A stretch of 64,000 nucleotides of DNA from Akkermansiaceae bacterium (GTDB taxonomy: Bacteria > Verrucomicrobiota > Verrucomicrobiia > Verrucomicrobiales > Akkermansiaceae), in the NCBI GenBank assembly GCA_947462535.1, contig CANHPN010000008.1, forward strand, positions 4,514-68,513, given 5' to 3'. A program made the position numbers and the translations under genes. This document shows positions 46,616-56,063 of the stretch, one piece after another. Numbering within the stretch: position 1 is the first letter of the stretch; the number at the start of each line of letters is the position of its first letter. The notes below the pieces were generated by a model. The model was not told the origin of the DNA, searched no databases, and saw only the letters and a program-made list of their open reading frames with translations.

Positions 46616-46776
46616 ATTTCCTAACGAGCCAAACCATGCCCCTGCACCCCGCCGCGCAACAGATGATCCGGAAAGTCGAAGCGCTTTCCGGCAGGCCGGT
46701 GCATGTGGCGGAGGATGCGGGATTGCAGGTGATGCCTAAAGGGGCTAAATGGTCGGAAATTTTTCAAAATTGCTGA
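46612..46776 (+). pseudogene. Truncated 5' fragment of gene X (copy A), coupled to the res stop
   Basis: ATG 46612 overlaps res TGA; 46636-46734 is a 99-bp repeat of 48701-48799 with 7 mismatches. Confidence 0.75.
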
Positions 46777-46832
46777 AAATTCATCAAATTTAGCGTGATT
46801 TCATCGAATTAAGGGTAGAGAGTCCTTTTGCC

Positions 46833-48059
46833 ATGCTCCGCCAACTGACCCTTGAGAACTTCTGCTCCTTCCGCGAGCGCGGCGATCTGACGCTCACCAC
46901 TGGAGCCAAGACGCCGACCGACGATTCCTTCGTGGAGTCGCGCTGCGGAGACAAGATCACGGTGTTATGTGGTGTCTTCGGCGCGAATGCCTCGGGCAAG
47001 ACCAACTTGCTCAAGGCGCTGGCGTTCCTGAATTTTTTCATCCGGCACTCCTACCGCAACCTCAAGCCGGACGCGCCGATCCCGGTGGATCCGTTCATCG
47101 ATGGCGATGGCAAGCCGGTGAAACTCTCCGTCGAATTTGAAGGGCAGGGGCGGCTCTACCGCTACGAGCTGACGCTCACCGCTGCCGCCGTGGTCGAGGA
47201 ACGCCTCCAACAACGCTCGGATGACACCCGTTCCTTCCGCACGCTCTTGCTGAGAAAAGCCGGGAAACGCGGCCCGCTGCTGTCCCAACCGGAGGATTTC
47301 ACCGATCTCGATGCTCTCCGCGCCTTGCTGAAGGACCGCCCGAACGCTTCGGTGCTCTCCGCCGGGCTGGTCACTGGGCGGCCGGAATTCAACAAGGTTC
47401 TCGCCTCCTTCGGCCGCTTCGAGACGAATGTGGATCGTTTCGGCAAGGCGGAGATCGTACAGGGAAACCGCGCTTCCGAGGTCATCGATTGCGCCCGCTA
47501 TTTTCAGGAAAACCCGCATTTCAAGGACGATGTCGAGGATCGCCTGAAGCGCGCCGATCTGGGAATCGACGCGTTCTTTATCCGGGATGTGGAGGTGCCG
47601 GATGCGGAAACCGGGAAGATGCACACGGTTCCCATCCCCTTCGTCGCGCACCAGTCGGGCAAGCGGCGCTTCGAGCTGCCGCTCACGCATGAGTCGTCGG
47701 GAACGAAGCGTTTGTTCGTGCTGTTGGGAGCGTTTCTCCCGGTCCTCACGGAAGGTGGCATGGCGGTGATCGATGAAATGGAGTCCGACCTCCACCCGCA
47801 TCTCATTCCGCTGCTGCTGGACCTGTTTGTGGATGCGGCGACGAATCCCAAGCGTGCCCAACTCCTCTTCACCTGCCACCACGTCGAGATCCTCAACCAG
47901 CTCTCCAAAGAACAAATCGTCCTGGTGCAGAAGGATGCCGACTGCGTGAGCAGCCTGCGCCGCCTCGTGGATCTCAAAGGCGTGAAGCGGGAGGAAAACT
48001 TCTTCGCCAACTACAACGCCGGCCGCTACGAGGCGGTGCCATCCCCGTCGCTTTTCTGA
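46833..48059 (+). CDS. AAA/ABC-type ATPase (AAA_21; RloA/AbiLi-like)
   Basis: LENFCSF, FGANASGKTNLL, ESSGTKRL, IDEMESDLHP, QLLFTCH. Confidence 0.88.
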   Translation: MLRQLTLENFCSFRERGDLTLTTGAKTPTDDSFVESRCGDKITVLCGVFGANASGKTNLLKALAFLNFFIRHSYRNLKPDAPIPVDPFIDGDGKPVKLSVEFEGQGRLYRYELTLTAAAVVEERLQQRSDDTRSFRTLLLRKAGKRGPLLSQPEDFTDLDALRALLKDRPNASVLSAGLVTGRPEFNKVLASFGRFETNVDRFGKAEIVQGNRASEVIDCARYFQENPHFKDDVEDRLKRADLGIDAFFIRDVEVPDAETGKMHTVPIPFVAHQSGKRRFELPLTHESSGTKRLFVLLGAFLPVLTEGGMAVIDEMESDLHPHLIPLLLDLFVDAATNPKRAQLLFTCHHVEILNQLSKEQIVLVQKDADCVSSLRRLVDLKGVKREENFFANYNAGRYEAVPSPSLF

Positions 48060-48061
48060 AC

Positions 48062-48583
48062 ATGGCGCGGCGCGAAAGCATCATCCTGTTTGGAGAGGGC
48101 AAGACGGAGGCCGTTTTTCTCCAGCATTTGCACACGCTCTACCGGGATGGGATCGCCGCCCGCGTGAAGGTGGATGCCGGCCAGGGAGGCTCGCCCAAAC
48201 AAGTGGCGGAGCGCCTCATCAAAAAGCACCTCAATCTCGGAGCCTACGACCGCAGCCTGCTCTTGATCGACAGTGATCTGCCGCTGGATGAAATCCCGGC
48301 AAGCTTGCTAGTGAAGCATCGCATCACGCTGGTCACTTCCATCCCCTGCTTGGAGGGAGTTTTCCTGAGTCTCCTGGACGACCGACCACCTGCGAAAGAG
48401 CGCCATCAGTCCCGAAACTGGAAACGACGCTTTCAAAAGAATCATCTGGGAACGGACCGGAACGCGGAAATCGTTTCCAAACTCCGCGGCAAGTGCCCGT
48501 CTTTGTTTCCCAAGCAACTCGTCGAATCGACTCGATCCTCGCAACCAACCCTGCACAACATCCTTGAGTTCCTTGGGCTTTGA
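48062..48583 (+). CDS. RloB-like protein
   Basis: ILFGEGKTEAVFL, LLIDSD, SIPCLE (Toprim-like RloB pattern); 2 bp after the ATPase. Confidence 0.75.
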   Translation: MARRESIILFGEGKTEAVFLQHLHTLYRDGIAARVKVDAGQGGSPKQVAERLIKKHLNLGAYDRSLLLIDSDLPLDEIPASLLVKHRITLVTSIPCLEGVFLSLLDDRPPAKERHQSRNWKRRFQKNHLGTDRNAEIVSKLRGKCPSLFPKQLVESTRSSQPTLHNILEFLGL

Positions 48584-48700
48584 TGTTCTCCCTATTTCAT
48601 AAACTTTCGAATTGCGTGGGAAAGCTAATTAAAAAAGTCCTCTAAACTCCCGTCACGCCCGCTGTCGCGTGATGACCAAGCGACCAACAAAACCATTTTC

Positions 48701-48994
48701 ATGCCCCTGCACCCCGCCGCCCAGCAGATGATCCGGAAAGTCGAAGCGCTTTCCGGCAGGCCCGTGCATGTGGCGGAGGATGCGGATTTGAAAGTGATGG
48801 CGGCGATCACCACCGCCCGGGGCAGCGCTCCGGCGCATTTCCTGCGCTACCGGCCGGGGACGCGGGCGGTGGATTATCTGGTCGCCTATCAGCTTGGGTT
48901 TCTGGTGCGCTTGTTTTCCTGTCCGGCAGAGAATCGCTGGGATGTGGTGTCGAGCGCCGCCGAGCAGGCGCACGCGATGTTCGGGGAGGGGTAG
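48701..48994 (+). pseudogene. Gene X copy B (97 aa), probably truncated at the adjacent REP pair
   Basis: MPLHPAAQQMIRKVEALSGRPVHV...ARGSAPAHFLRY...YQLGFLVRLF; stop falls 1 bp before the REP at 48996. Confidence 0.65.
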
Positions 48995-48995
48995 G

Positions 48996-49067
48996 CGTGG
49001 CGGCGGTTTTCAACCGCCAGGCCGGATGAGGAATTCTTGGGCATGGCGGTTGGAAACCGCCGCCACG
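48996..49067. repeat. REPIN-like inverted REP pair with 24-bp spacer
   Basis: cgtggcggcggttttcaaccgcca (48996-49019) and tggcggttggaaaccgccgccacg (49044-49067). Confidence 0.85.
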
Positions 49068-49189
49068 GTTGTGGGTTATGCCGGCGGCGGCTTGGCTGGA
49101 AGATCGCGTGAGTTGCGAGAGTCTGACTGAGGACGCGCTTTAGGCTGCAGAGCGCCTTTTGAGTTCCCGTAACCGATTGAAAATCAGGC

Positions 49190-49264
49190 TGGTGCACGCT
49201 GCAGGGTTCGAACCTGCGACCCCATCCGTGTGAAGGATGTGCTCTACCACTGAGCTAAGCATGC
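49190..49264 (-). tRNA. tRNA-Val(CAC)
   Basis: Reverse complement GCATGCTTAGCTCAGTGGTAGAGCA-CATCC-TTCACAC-GGATG-GGGTCGCAGGTTCGAACCCTGCAGCGTGCACCA. Confidence 0.95.
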
Positions 49265-49417
49265 TTTAACCAGAAAAGGCCGCGGAACCCGCGACCGGGC
49301 CAAAGAGTGGAGGAACGCGGACTGACTTGGCAAGCAATTCGATGCTTTCGCGCGGATTTTAAAATTCGACTTCTTTCGGGTGGCCCGCGGGGCGTAGTCT
49401 GCCGGCCAGCAAGACCC

Positions 49418-51325
49418 GTGGCCCAGATTCCCAAAGACAGTGTTGAGAAAGTGCTCGAAGCGACGGACATCGTCGATTTGATCGGTTCTTACATTCAGGT
49501 GAAAAAGGCGGGCTCGGCGTTCCGCGCGAACTGCCCGTTTCACAACGAGAAGACGCCGTCGTTTTACATCACGCCTTCCACCCAGCGCTTCCATTGCTTC
49601 GGCTGCGGCGCGGGCGGGGACGCGATCTCCTTCGTCCGCGATCATGAAAACCTGCCCTTCGTGGATGCCGTGCGCAAACTCGCGTCGCGGGCGGGGATTC
49701 ACCTCGTCGAGGAGGAGTCCGACCCGAACGCCGACCAATCCCGCCGCACGCGCGGGCGCTTGCTAGATATTCATCGCGAGGCGACCGCGTTTTTCCACGA
49801 GCAGCTGATGCAAAATCCGGCGGCGGCCCATGCCCGGGATTACATGAAGTCGCGCGGCTTCGGCAGCGCGATGGCGGTGAGCTGGTCGGTCGGCTGGATG
49901 CCGGACCACCCGAAGGTTTTCCTCGATTGGGCGCGCTCGCGGAAATTCACCGGCCGCGAGCTGGTAGATTCGGGGATCGTCAAGCTGAAGGAGGACAACC
50001 AGCCGCAATCCGGGCTGTTCGTGCGCTTCCAGGACCGCCTGATGTTTCCCATCCGCAACGAGATCGGCGACGTGATCGCGTTCAGCGGTCGGCAGCTCCG
50101 GGAGAACAAGAACAGCGGGAAATACATCAACTCGCCGGAGACGGCGATTTTCAAGAAGTCGCGGGTGTTCTTCGGCCTGGACCGGGCGAAGAAGCCGATC
50201 CTCAAGGAAAAGGCAGCGCTGTTATGCGAGGGTCAGATCGATGCGATTTGTTGTCACGAGCTGGGCATCGGGCACGCCATCGCCACCTGCGGCACGGCTT
50301 GCACGCGGGAGCACGCGAGGTTGCTCAAACGCTACACCAACAACGTGCTGGTCTGTTATGACGCGGACAAGGCCGGGCTGGCGGCGACGGAGAAGGCGTA
50401 TCGCGAGCTCGTTCCGGAAGGTCTTTCGGTGCGGGTGGTGGAGATGCCGGCGGGGGATGATCCGGACACCTTTCTCAAGGCGCACGGCGAGGAGGCCTTC
50501 CGGCAGCTCCTCTCTAACGCGAAGGAGTTTTTCCACTTCAAACTCGAAAGGGCGAAGGCCACGGGAGTTTTCGATTCACCCACCGAGCGGGCCGCAGCCC
50601 TGAGCGAGTGCGCCGAACTGTTATCCCTGATCACGGACTTCGCGGTGCAGGACAACCAGCTCAACATCGTGGCCGTGCATCTCCAGACATCGACGAGCTC
50701 CCTGCGCGAGGCGATCGCCAAAGCGAAGGCGCAGCCGAAGCGGGTGTATGCCGAGAAGACGGCGGGAGAAGGGGAGATCCCGTCGCCCGCCGAGCCGACG
50801 CGGTTGCACCGGATCGTCGCGTTCCTCTGTCATCTCGCGCTTTCCTCTGGCCCGGCGCAGCGGTTCCTGGCCGAGCAATTTGAAACCCTGCACGAGGCTA
50901 ACCGATGGTTGGAGGGAATCCCGCTGTTGGAAACCATCCTGGGCGCCGCTCCGGACCCGTCGTCGAGCGCGGCGGTGAACACCTTCATGAGCGGTCTATC
51001 CGAATCCGACCGGCTCGCGCTGGCTCATGAGACTTCGAGTCTGGACGGAGTCTCGCTGGATGGCATGCAAGCCGCCGAGCAAGCGCTGGCATTGCTTTCC
51101 GGCACGGTGCTGCAACGCCGCGACGCCGCAGTGAAGGCGGAGCTCAAGCAGGCAGGTCTATCCGCCGCGCGGATGGTGGAGCTTCTGCACGAGGCTAAGG
51201 AAATCAGCGGCCTCATGCGCGGCATCGGCCAGCGCTCGGAGTTCGACGACGAGCTGCCAGCGTCCACCTTCAAGGAGAAGCTGCCACCGTGGAAGAAGCG
51301 GTTCGATCCTGCGAAGAAGGGCTGA
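49418..51325 (+). CDS. dnaG: DNA primase
   Basis: CPFHNEKTPSF, HCFGCGAGGD, RLMFPI, KYINSPET, CEGQIDA, YDADKAG, DPD. GTG start. Confidence 0.95.
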   Translation: MAQIPKDSVEKVLEATDIVDLIGSYIQVKKAGSAFRANCPFHNEKTPSFYITPSTQRFHCFGCGAGGDAISFVRDHENLPFVDAVRKLASRAGIHLVEEESDPNADQSRRTRGRLLDIHREATAFFHEQLMQNPAAAHARDYMKSRGFGSAMAVSWSVGWMPDHPKVFLDWARSRKFTGRELVDSGIVKLKEDNQPQSGLFVRFQDRLMFPIRNEIGDVIAFSGRQLRENKNSGKYINSPETAIFKKSRVFFGLDRAKKPILKEKAALLCEGQIDAICCHELGIGHAIATCGTACTREHARLLKRYTNNVLVCYDADKAGLAATEKAYRELVPEGLSVRVVEMPAGDDPDTFLKAHGEEAFRQLLSNAKEFFHFKLERAKATGVFDSPTERAAALSECAELLSLITDFAVQDNQLNIVAVHLQTSTSSLREAIAKAKAQPKRVYAEKTAGEGEIPSPAEPTRLHRIVAFLCHLALSSGPAQRFLAEQFETLHEANRWLEGIPLLETILGAAPDPSSSAAVNTFMSGLSESDRLALAHETSSLDGVSLDGMQAAEQALALLSGTVLQRRDAAVKAELKQAGLSAARMVELLHEAKEISGLMRGIGQRSEFDDELPASTFKEKLPPWKKRFDPAKKG

Positions 51326-51408
51326 TTTGTGGCGGTTGGAGGGCAACTCTTGCATTTTCTGGCGTCGGCAGTCTTGACATCCGCGCTGTGTCCCCTGAAA
51401 TCCTCCGC

Positions 51409-51738
51409 ATGGCCAAGAAATCAGCACCCATCAAAGACAAGCTCAACAAGACCCAGATCCTCGACCAGATCGCGGAAAGCACAGAACTCAGCCGCAAGCA
51501 AGTGGCTGCCGTTCTCGACAGCCTGACCGACGTCATCGAAGCCCACGTGAAGAAGAACGCCGTCGGCGAATTCGTCCTCCCGGGCTTGATGAAGATCAGC
51601 ACCGTGCGCAAGCCTGCGACCAAGGCGCACAAGGGCATCAACCCTTTCACCAAGGAGGAAGTGATGTTCAAAGCCAAGCCAGCCACCACGGTTGTCAAGG
51701 TGCGTCCGCTCAAGAAGCTCAAGGACATGGCTCTCTGA
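51409..51738 (+). CDS. HU/IHF-family histone-like DNA-binding protein
   Basis: LNKTQILDQIAESTELS, GINPFTKEE...AKP; TTGACA at 51374-51379. Confidence 0.9.
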   Translation: MAKKSAPIKDKLNKTQILDQIAESTELSRKQVAAVLDSLTDVIEAHVKKNAVGEFVLPGLMKISTVRKPATKAHKGINPFTKEEVMFKAKPATTVVKVRPLKKLKDMAL

Positions 51739-51778
51739 GAGCTGCTCTAACTTGTGGTTCGCCCGCAAGTCACTCACG

Positions 51779-51814
51779 GCGGTCCCCGGTTTTTCCGAGG
51801 GCCGCTTGTTTTTT
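51779..51814 (+). terminator. Rho-independent terminator
   Basis: gcggtccccgg-ttttt-ccgagggccgc followed by ttgtttttt. Confidence 0.65.
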
Positions 51815-51921
51815 ACCCGTCACGACAGCGGTGCTTTTTGCTAGAATTCCCCCGGCACCGCGACTTTCTTCCGAGGCGGGCTGTCCTTGCGGTTCCGGGA
51901 ATGTGCCGCTACAACCGCGCC

Positions 51922-52815
51922 GTGGAACCGATCCGCTATTTCAACCGTCACACGCAATCCCTCGAAACCGAACAGGTTTACGGCGAGGGATTCCTGCGTT
52001 GGACTTACGGCCACCCTCTCGGGGCGATCTCTCTCAACGCCTTCGTGAAGCGCCCGTTTTTCTCAAAATGGTACGGCCGCCGGATGAGCACGCCGGAATC
52101 TGCGGCGCGGGTGAAGCCATTCATCACGCAATACGGCCTCGATCCGGCGGATTTCGCAGACGCGCCGGAGAGCTACCGGAGTTTCAACGAGTTTTTCTAC
52201 CGGAAACTCAAGCTCGCCGCGCGGCCGATCGACTCGGACGATGACAGCGTCGTCTTCCCGGCGGACGGGCGTCATCTCGGTTTCGAGCGGGCCTCGGCCA
52301 TCGAGGGGGTTTTCGTCAAAGGCCAGAAATTCGATCTGCCCGCCCTGCTAGGCGATCGTAAACTTGCGGAGCGCTACGCGGACGGCGCGCTGGTCCTCTC
52401 GCGGCTGTGCCCGGTGGATTACCATCGTTTCCATTTCCCGGCAGCGGGCGTTCCGGGTGAAACCCGCTTGATCGAGGGGCCGTTGTTTTCCGTGTCACCC
52501 ATCGCCCTGCGCCAGCGCCTCGCCTACCTGTGGACGAACAAACGGACGATCACCGAGCTCAAGACCGGGCGCTTCGGCACGGTGCTTTGCCTGGAAATCG
52601 GCGCGACCTGCGTGGGCACGATCGGTCAGACATTCACGCCCGGCCAGCCCGTCGCGAAGGGCGCGGAGAAGGGCTATTTCGCCTTCGGCGGCTCGTCCAC
52701 GCTCACGCTTTTCGAGCCGGGAGTGGTCCGCTTGGAGACGGATCTCCTTGAAAACTCGCGCGAGCAAATCGAGCTCTACGCGCGGATCGGCAGTCGGATG
52801 GGCCACTCCGCTTGA
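51922..52815 (+). CDS. psd: Phosphatidylserine decarboxylase
   Basis: SFNEFFYRKLK, FPADG, RLCPVDYHRFHFP, IGATCVG, KGYFAFGGS. Confidence 0.92.
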   Translation: MEPIRYFNRHTQSLETEQVYGEGFLRWTYGHPLGAISLNAFVKRPFFSKWYGRRMSTPESAARVKPFITQYGLDPADFADAPESYRSFNEFFYRKLKLAARPIDSDDDSVVFPADGRHLGFERASAIEGVFVKGQKFDLPALLGDRKLAERYADGALVLSRLCPVDYHRFHFPAAGVPGETRLIEGPLFSVSPIALRQRLAYLWTNKRTITELKTGRFGTVLCLEIGATCVGTIGQTFTPGQPVAKGAEKGYFAFGGSSTLTLFEPGVVRLETDLLENSREQIELYARIGSRMGHSA

Positions 52816-52853
52816 CCTTCCCCGATAAGGGAACACCTTTTCATCAATCGCAG

Positions 52854-55610
52854 ATGCAGAATCACCTCAAGACCCTCAAGGAACACGCCGCAGAGGCGCT
52901 CAAACCGGCGCTGGAAGGCCAGCTCTCGCCTGCCGAACGGATCGCGCTGTATAAGAAATTCCTCAAGATCGAGGAGCACCGCATCCAACTCCATCACCGC
53001 TCCGGTGCCGGGGGGCTGGAAATCGCCCGCGCGCGCGCGGCCCTGCTAGACATCACCCTCGGCTCTATCCTCGAAGCGTCGCTCCGCGCCAGCAATGGCA
53101 AAATGCTGCCCATCGCGCTCGTCGCCACCGGCGGCTACGGCCGCGGCATGCTCAACCCGCGCTCGGACATCGACATCCTTTTCCTGCTGCCGCGGGCGTC
53201 CACCAAGTTGCCGCAGCTCCTTCAGGAACTCGTCCAAAACGTGCTCTATCTGTTATGGGACGTGGGGTTCAAGGTCGGCCAGGCCTGCCGCTCGATCCCG
53301 GAATGCATCGAGCAGGCGAAGATCGACCAGGAAAACAAGACCTCGCTGATGGACGCGCGCCTGATCGCCGGTGACGTGGCCCTGTTCGCGCAATTCCAGA
53401 CCCGCTTCGCCAAGGAGTGCATCAGCAAGGGCCAAGCCGCCTTCTTCGACCTCCGCAGCAAGGACCTGCGGAGCCGGCACGAAAAGTACTCCCGCACCGT
53501 TTTCCTCCAGGAGCCTAACGTCAAGGAAAGCTGCGGCGGCATGCGCGACTACCACAACATCGAGTGGGTCGCCCGCGTCAAAACCGGCAGCAACAAACTC
53601 CAGGAGCTCGTGGAGAAAAAAATACTCACAGTATCCGCCTTCAAGGAAATCGAGGAGGCATACGATTTCCTCCACCGCGTCCGCAACGAGCTTCATTATC
53701 ACACGGGCAAGGCCACCGACCAGCTCACCCTCCAGCTTCAAGGAGTCGTCGCCACCGCGTTCAACTACCCGCAGCGCAACATCCTGCGCAGCACGGAGGC
53801 CTTCATGCGCGACTACTACCGCCACACGCGCCACCTCTATCAGCACGCCACCTCCCTGATGGAGGCGTTCCAGATCGAGGCGGAATCACGCGCCGAGTCC
53901 GGCATCCGCTCGTTCCTGACATTTCGCAAGAAAAGCCGCGAGGAGTTCGACGGCTTCATCGCCCGCGACGGCCGCCTGTTCCCCGCCAGCCAGGATATTT
54001 TCAAAGACGATCCGCAGCGCCTGATGCGGCTCTTCCAACACTGCCAGGTCCGCAACCTCAGGCTCAGTCCGCAGATCCGGCGTCTCATCGCCAGTCATTG
54101 GGAGGACATCGACCGCCCGTTTCGTTATTCAAAGGCCAACCGCCAGGTCTTCCAGGCGATCCTCGAACGCAAGGGCGACGCCGCCCGCGCCCTCAGGCAG
54201 ATGCACCGCATCGGCTTCCTCGGCCGCTATCTGCCAGAATTCGGCGCGCTCGACTGCCTCGTCCAGCACGAGTTCTTCCACCGCTACACTGCGGACGAGC
54301 ACACGCTCCGCTGCGTCGAGCAGCTCGACCAGCTCATCGCCGAGACCAACCCCCGGCGGGAGATCTATCGGCGCTTGTTCCGCGAAATCCATGATTCCTA
54401 CGCGCTCTATCTGGCCGTCATCCTGCACGACACCGGCCGCGCCGAGAACGTCCGCGAACACATCGATGGTTCCGCCATGCTTGCCGCGCGGCTTTGCACG
54501 CGCCTGCAGATCCAGGGTGCGCGGCGCTCGCTGATCATGTTCCTGGTAGATAACCACCTGAGCTTCTGGCGCACCGCCACCACCCGGAATCTCGACGATC
54601 CCGAGGTCATCGCAGAGTTCGCCAACGTCGTCAAAACCCCGTCGAATCTCGACGCGTTGTTCCTCTTCACCTTCGCCGATTCCAACGCTACCTCACCCGA
54701 AGGTTGGACCGGCTGGAAGGAAAGCCTGATGCTCCAGCTCCACACCGCCACCCGCAGCTTCCTCGAAGGCGGCCGCGAGAAATACTCGCAGAAACTCGAC
54801 GCCGAACGCCTCGTCCTGCGCGACGAAGTCCTCGGCATCATGCGCGAGGACTATCACCCGGACGTCCACCGCCACTTCGAGCTGATGCCGGCCCCGGCCT
54901 TCCACTTCCGGCAGGCCGCCCACATCGTCACTCAGGTCCGCACCGTCCGCCATTTCCTCCAGCGTGAGGCCGACACGTCCGCCCCCTTCGCCTCCTGCAT
55001 CAAGTGGATCGACCACACCGACAGGGGCTACACCGAGCTCGTGCTCGCCACCCGCGACAAGCCGCTGCTGTTGGAGAAAATCTGCTGCGCCCTCGCCTCG
55101 GAGCAAATCAACATCCTCTCCGCCGACCTCTTCACCCGCACCGACAAGATCGTCGTCAATATCTTCCGCGTCTGCACCACCAACTTCGAACCGGTCTCCG
55201 CGGCGTCCACCCGCAAGCGCTTCCTGGATACCTTCGAAGCCATCCTCGCCGCTGATAGTTACGACCCCGAGAAATACCTCCGCCGCAAGGTCAATTTCCT
55301 CAAGCCCCGCTCGGACAACGGCATCACCGTGCCGGTCCGCGCCTTTGTGAGCAACGACCTGCACCCGACCTGCACCACCGTCGAAATCCAGGGCCTCGAC
55401 CGCATCGGGCTGCTTCACGATCTTTTCCACACTATCAACAAACACGGCTTGAACACCGCCCACGCCCGGATCTGCACCGAGAAGGGCGTGGCGATGGACA
55501 CCCTTTACATCACCACCGCGGCTGGGGAAAAGATCCGGGACCCGGAGCTTCTCAAGCAGCTGGAAGAGGAGTTCTCCGCCCTCGTCGCCCGCCCCGAAAC
55601 TCCGGGCTGA
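52854..55610 (+). CDS. glnD: [Protein-PII] uridylyltransferase
   Basis: GGYGRG.LNPRSDID, EPNVKE..GG.RD, QHEFFHRYTADEHT, LHDTG, two C-terminal ACT domains. Confidence 0.93.
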   Translation: MQNHLKTLKEHAAEALKPALEGQLSPAERIALYKKFLKIEEHRIQLHHRSGAGGLEIARARAALLDITLGSILEASLRASNGKMLPIALVATGGYGRGMLNPRSDIDILFLLPRASTKLPQLLQELVQNVLYLLWDVGFKVGQACRSIPECIEQAKIDQENKTSLMDARLIAGDVALFAQFQTRFAKECISKGQAAFFDLRSKDLRSRHEKYSRTVFLQEPNVKESCGGMRDYHNIEWVARVKTGSNKLQELVEKKILTVSAFKEIEEAYDFLHRVRNELHYHTGKATDQLTLQLQGVVATAFNYPQRNILRSTEAFMRDYYRHTRHLYQHATSLMEAFQIEAESRAESGIRSFLTFRKKSREEFDGFIARDGRLFPASQDIFKDDPQRLMRLFQHCQVRNLRLSPQIRRLIASHWEDIDRPFRYSKANRQVFQAILERKGDAARALRQMHRIGFLGRYLPEFGALDCLVQHEFFHRYTADEHTLRCVEQLDQLIAETNPRREIYRRLFREIHDSYALYLAVILHDTGRAENVREHIDGSAMLAARLCTRLQIQGARRSLIMFLVDNHLSFWRTATTRNLDDPEVIAEFANVVKTPSNLDALFLFTFADSNATSPEGWTGWKESLMLQLHTATRSFLEGGREKYSQKLDAERLVLRDEVLGIMREDYHPDVHRHFELMPAPAFHFRQAAHIVTQVRTVRHFLQREADTSAPFASCIKWIDHTDRGYTELVLATRDKPLLLEKICCALASEQINILSADLFTRTDKIVVNIFRVCTTNFEPVSAASTRKRFLDTFEAILAADSYDPEKYLRRKVNFLKPRSDNGITVPVRAFVSNDLHPTCTTVEIQGLDRIGLLHDLFHTINKHGLNTAHARICTEKGVAMDTLYITTAAGEKIRDPELLKQLEEEFSALVARPETPG

Positions 55611-55634
55611 ACCAAAGAATGTGTCCCGACGGTC

Positions 55635-55990
55635 TCAGTCGGGAGATTTTCTAGCCGGCCGCTTCACCCCAACCATCCCGCCTAGCAGTAAACAGAGCAG
55701 GATGGCAAGCGAGGCGGACCCGCCGCCGCTGCGCTTCAGGTCGGGCGTGATGGACATCGGCCGCTGGCCATCCACCTGCACGCTGCGGCCGAAGGTGAGC
55801 ACGGTGCCGCGCTGCGGCAGCATCACCTGCCGAAGCGCCGGCGAGCAGCGTGCCGAGCTCCAGTTTCGCCACGGCGTAGCCGAGAAACTTGCGTCCGTTG
55901 GAATTGTCCACCGCCACGAGCCCTTCGGCTTTCTCCACGAGCAGCTCGACACCGGATTCGGTGGTTATGAAGACACGGACGGGGGGATTT
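55635..55990 (-). pseudogene. Frameshifted C-terminal remnant of a larger membrane-anchored protein
   Basis: One frame reads VRVFITTESGVELLVEKAEGLVAVDNSNGRKFLGYAVAKLELGTLLAGAS; the next reads QVMLPQRGTVLTFGRSVQVDG...SLAILLCLLLGGMVG. No start codon. Confidence 0.45.
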
Positions 55991-56063
55991 CCTTAGGAAA
56001 AAGTTCAAAGAAAAATGAAGCGGCTTGTCATGCCGCGCGGGATTGCCGCACCCTCCGCCGCTC

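Larger units (their letters stand above)
34185..49189. mobile_element. Defence island abutting the 3' end of tRNA-Val(CAC); no integrase recognised
   Basis: Cluster of TA, R-M and ATPase/RloB genes between housekeeping dnaJ-like and tRNA-Val/dnaG; many repeats and gene fragments. Boundaries approximate. Confidence 0.6.

Noticed and set aside
52670-52710. Psd cleavage motif GGSS instead of GGST, and GlgA KAGGL instead of KTGGL
   Set aside because: The catalytic Ser and Lys are retained; within normal family variation
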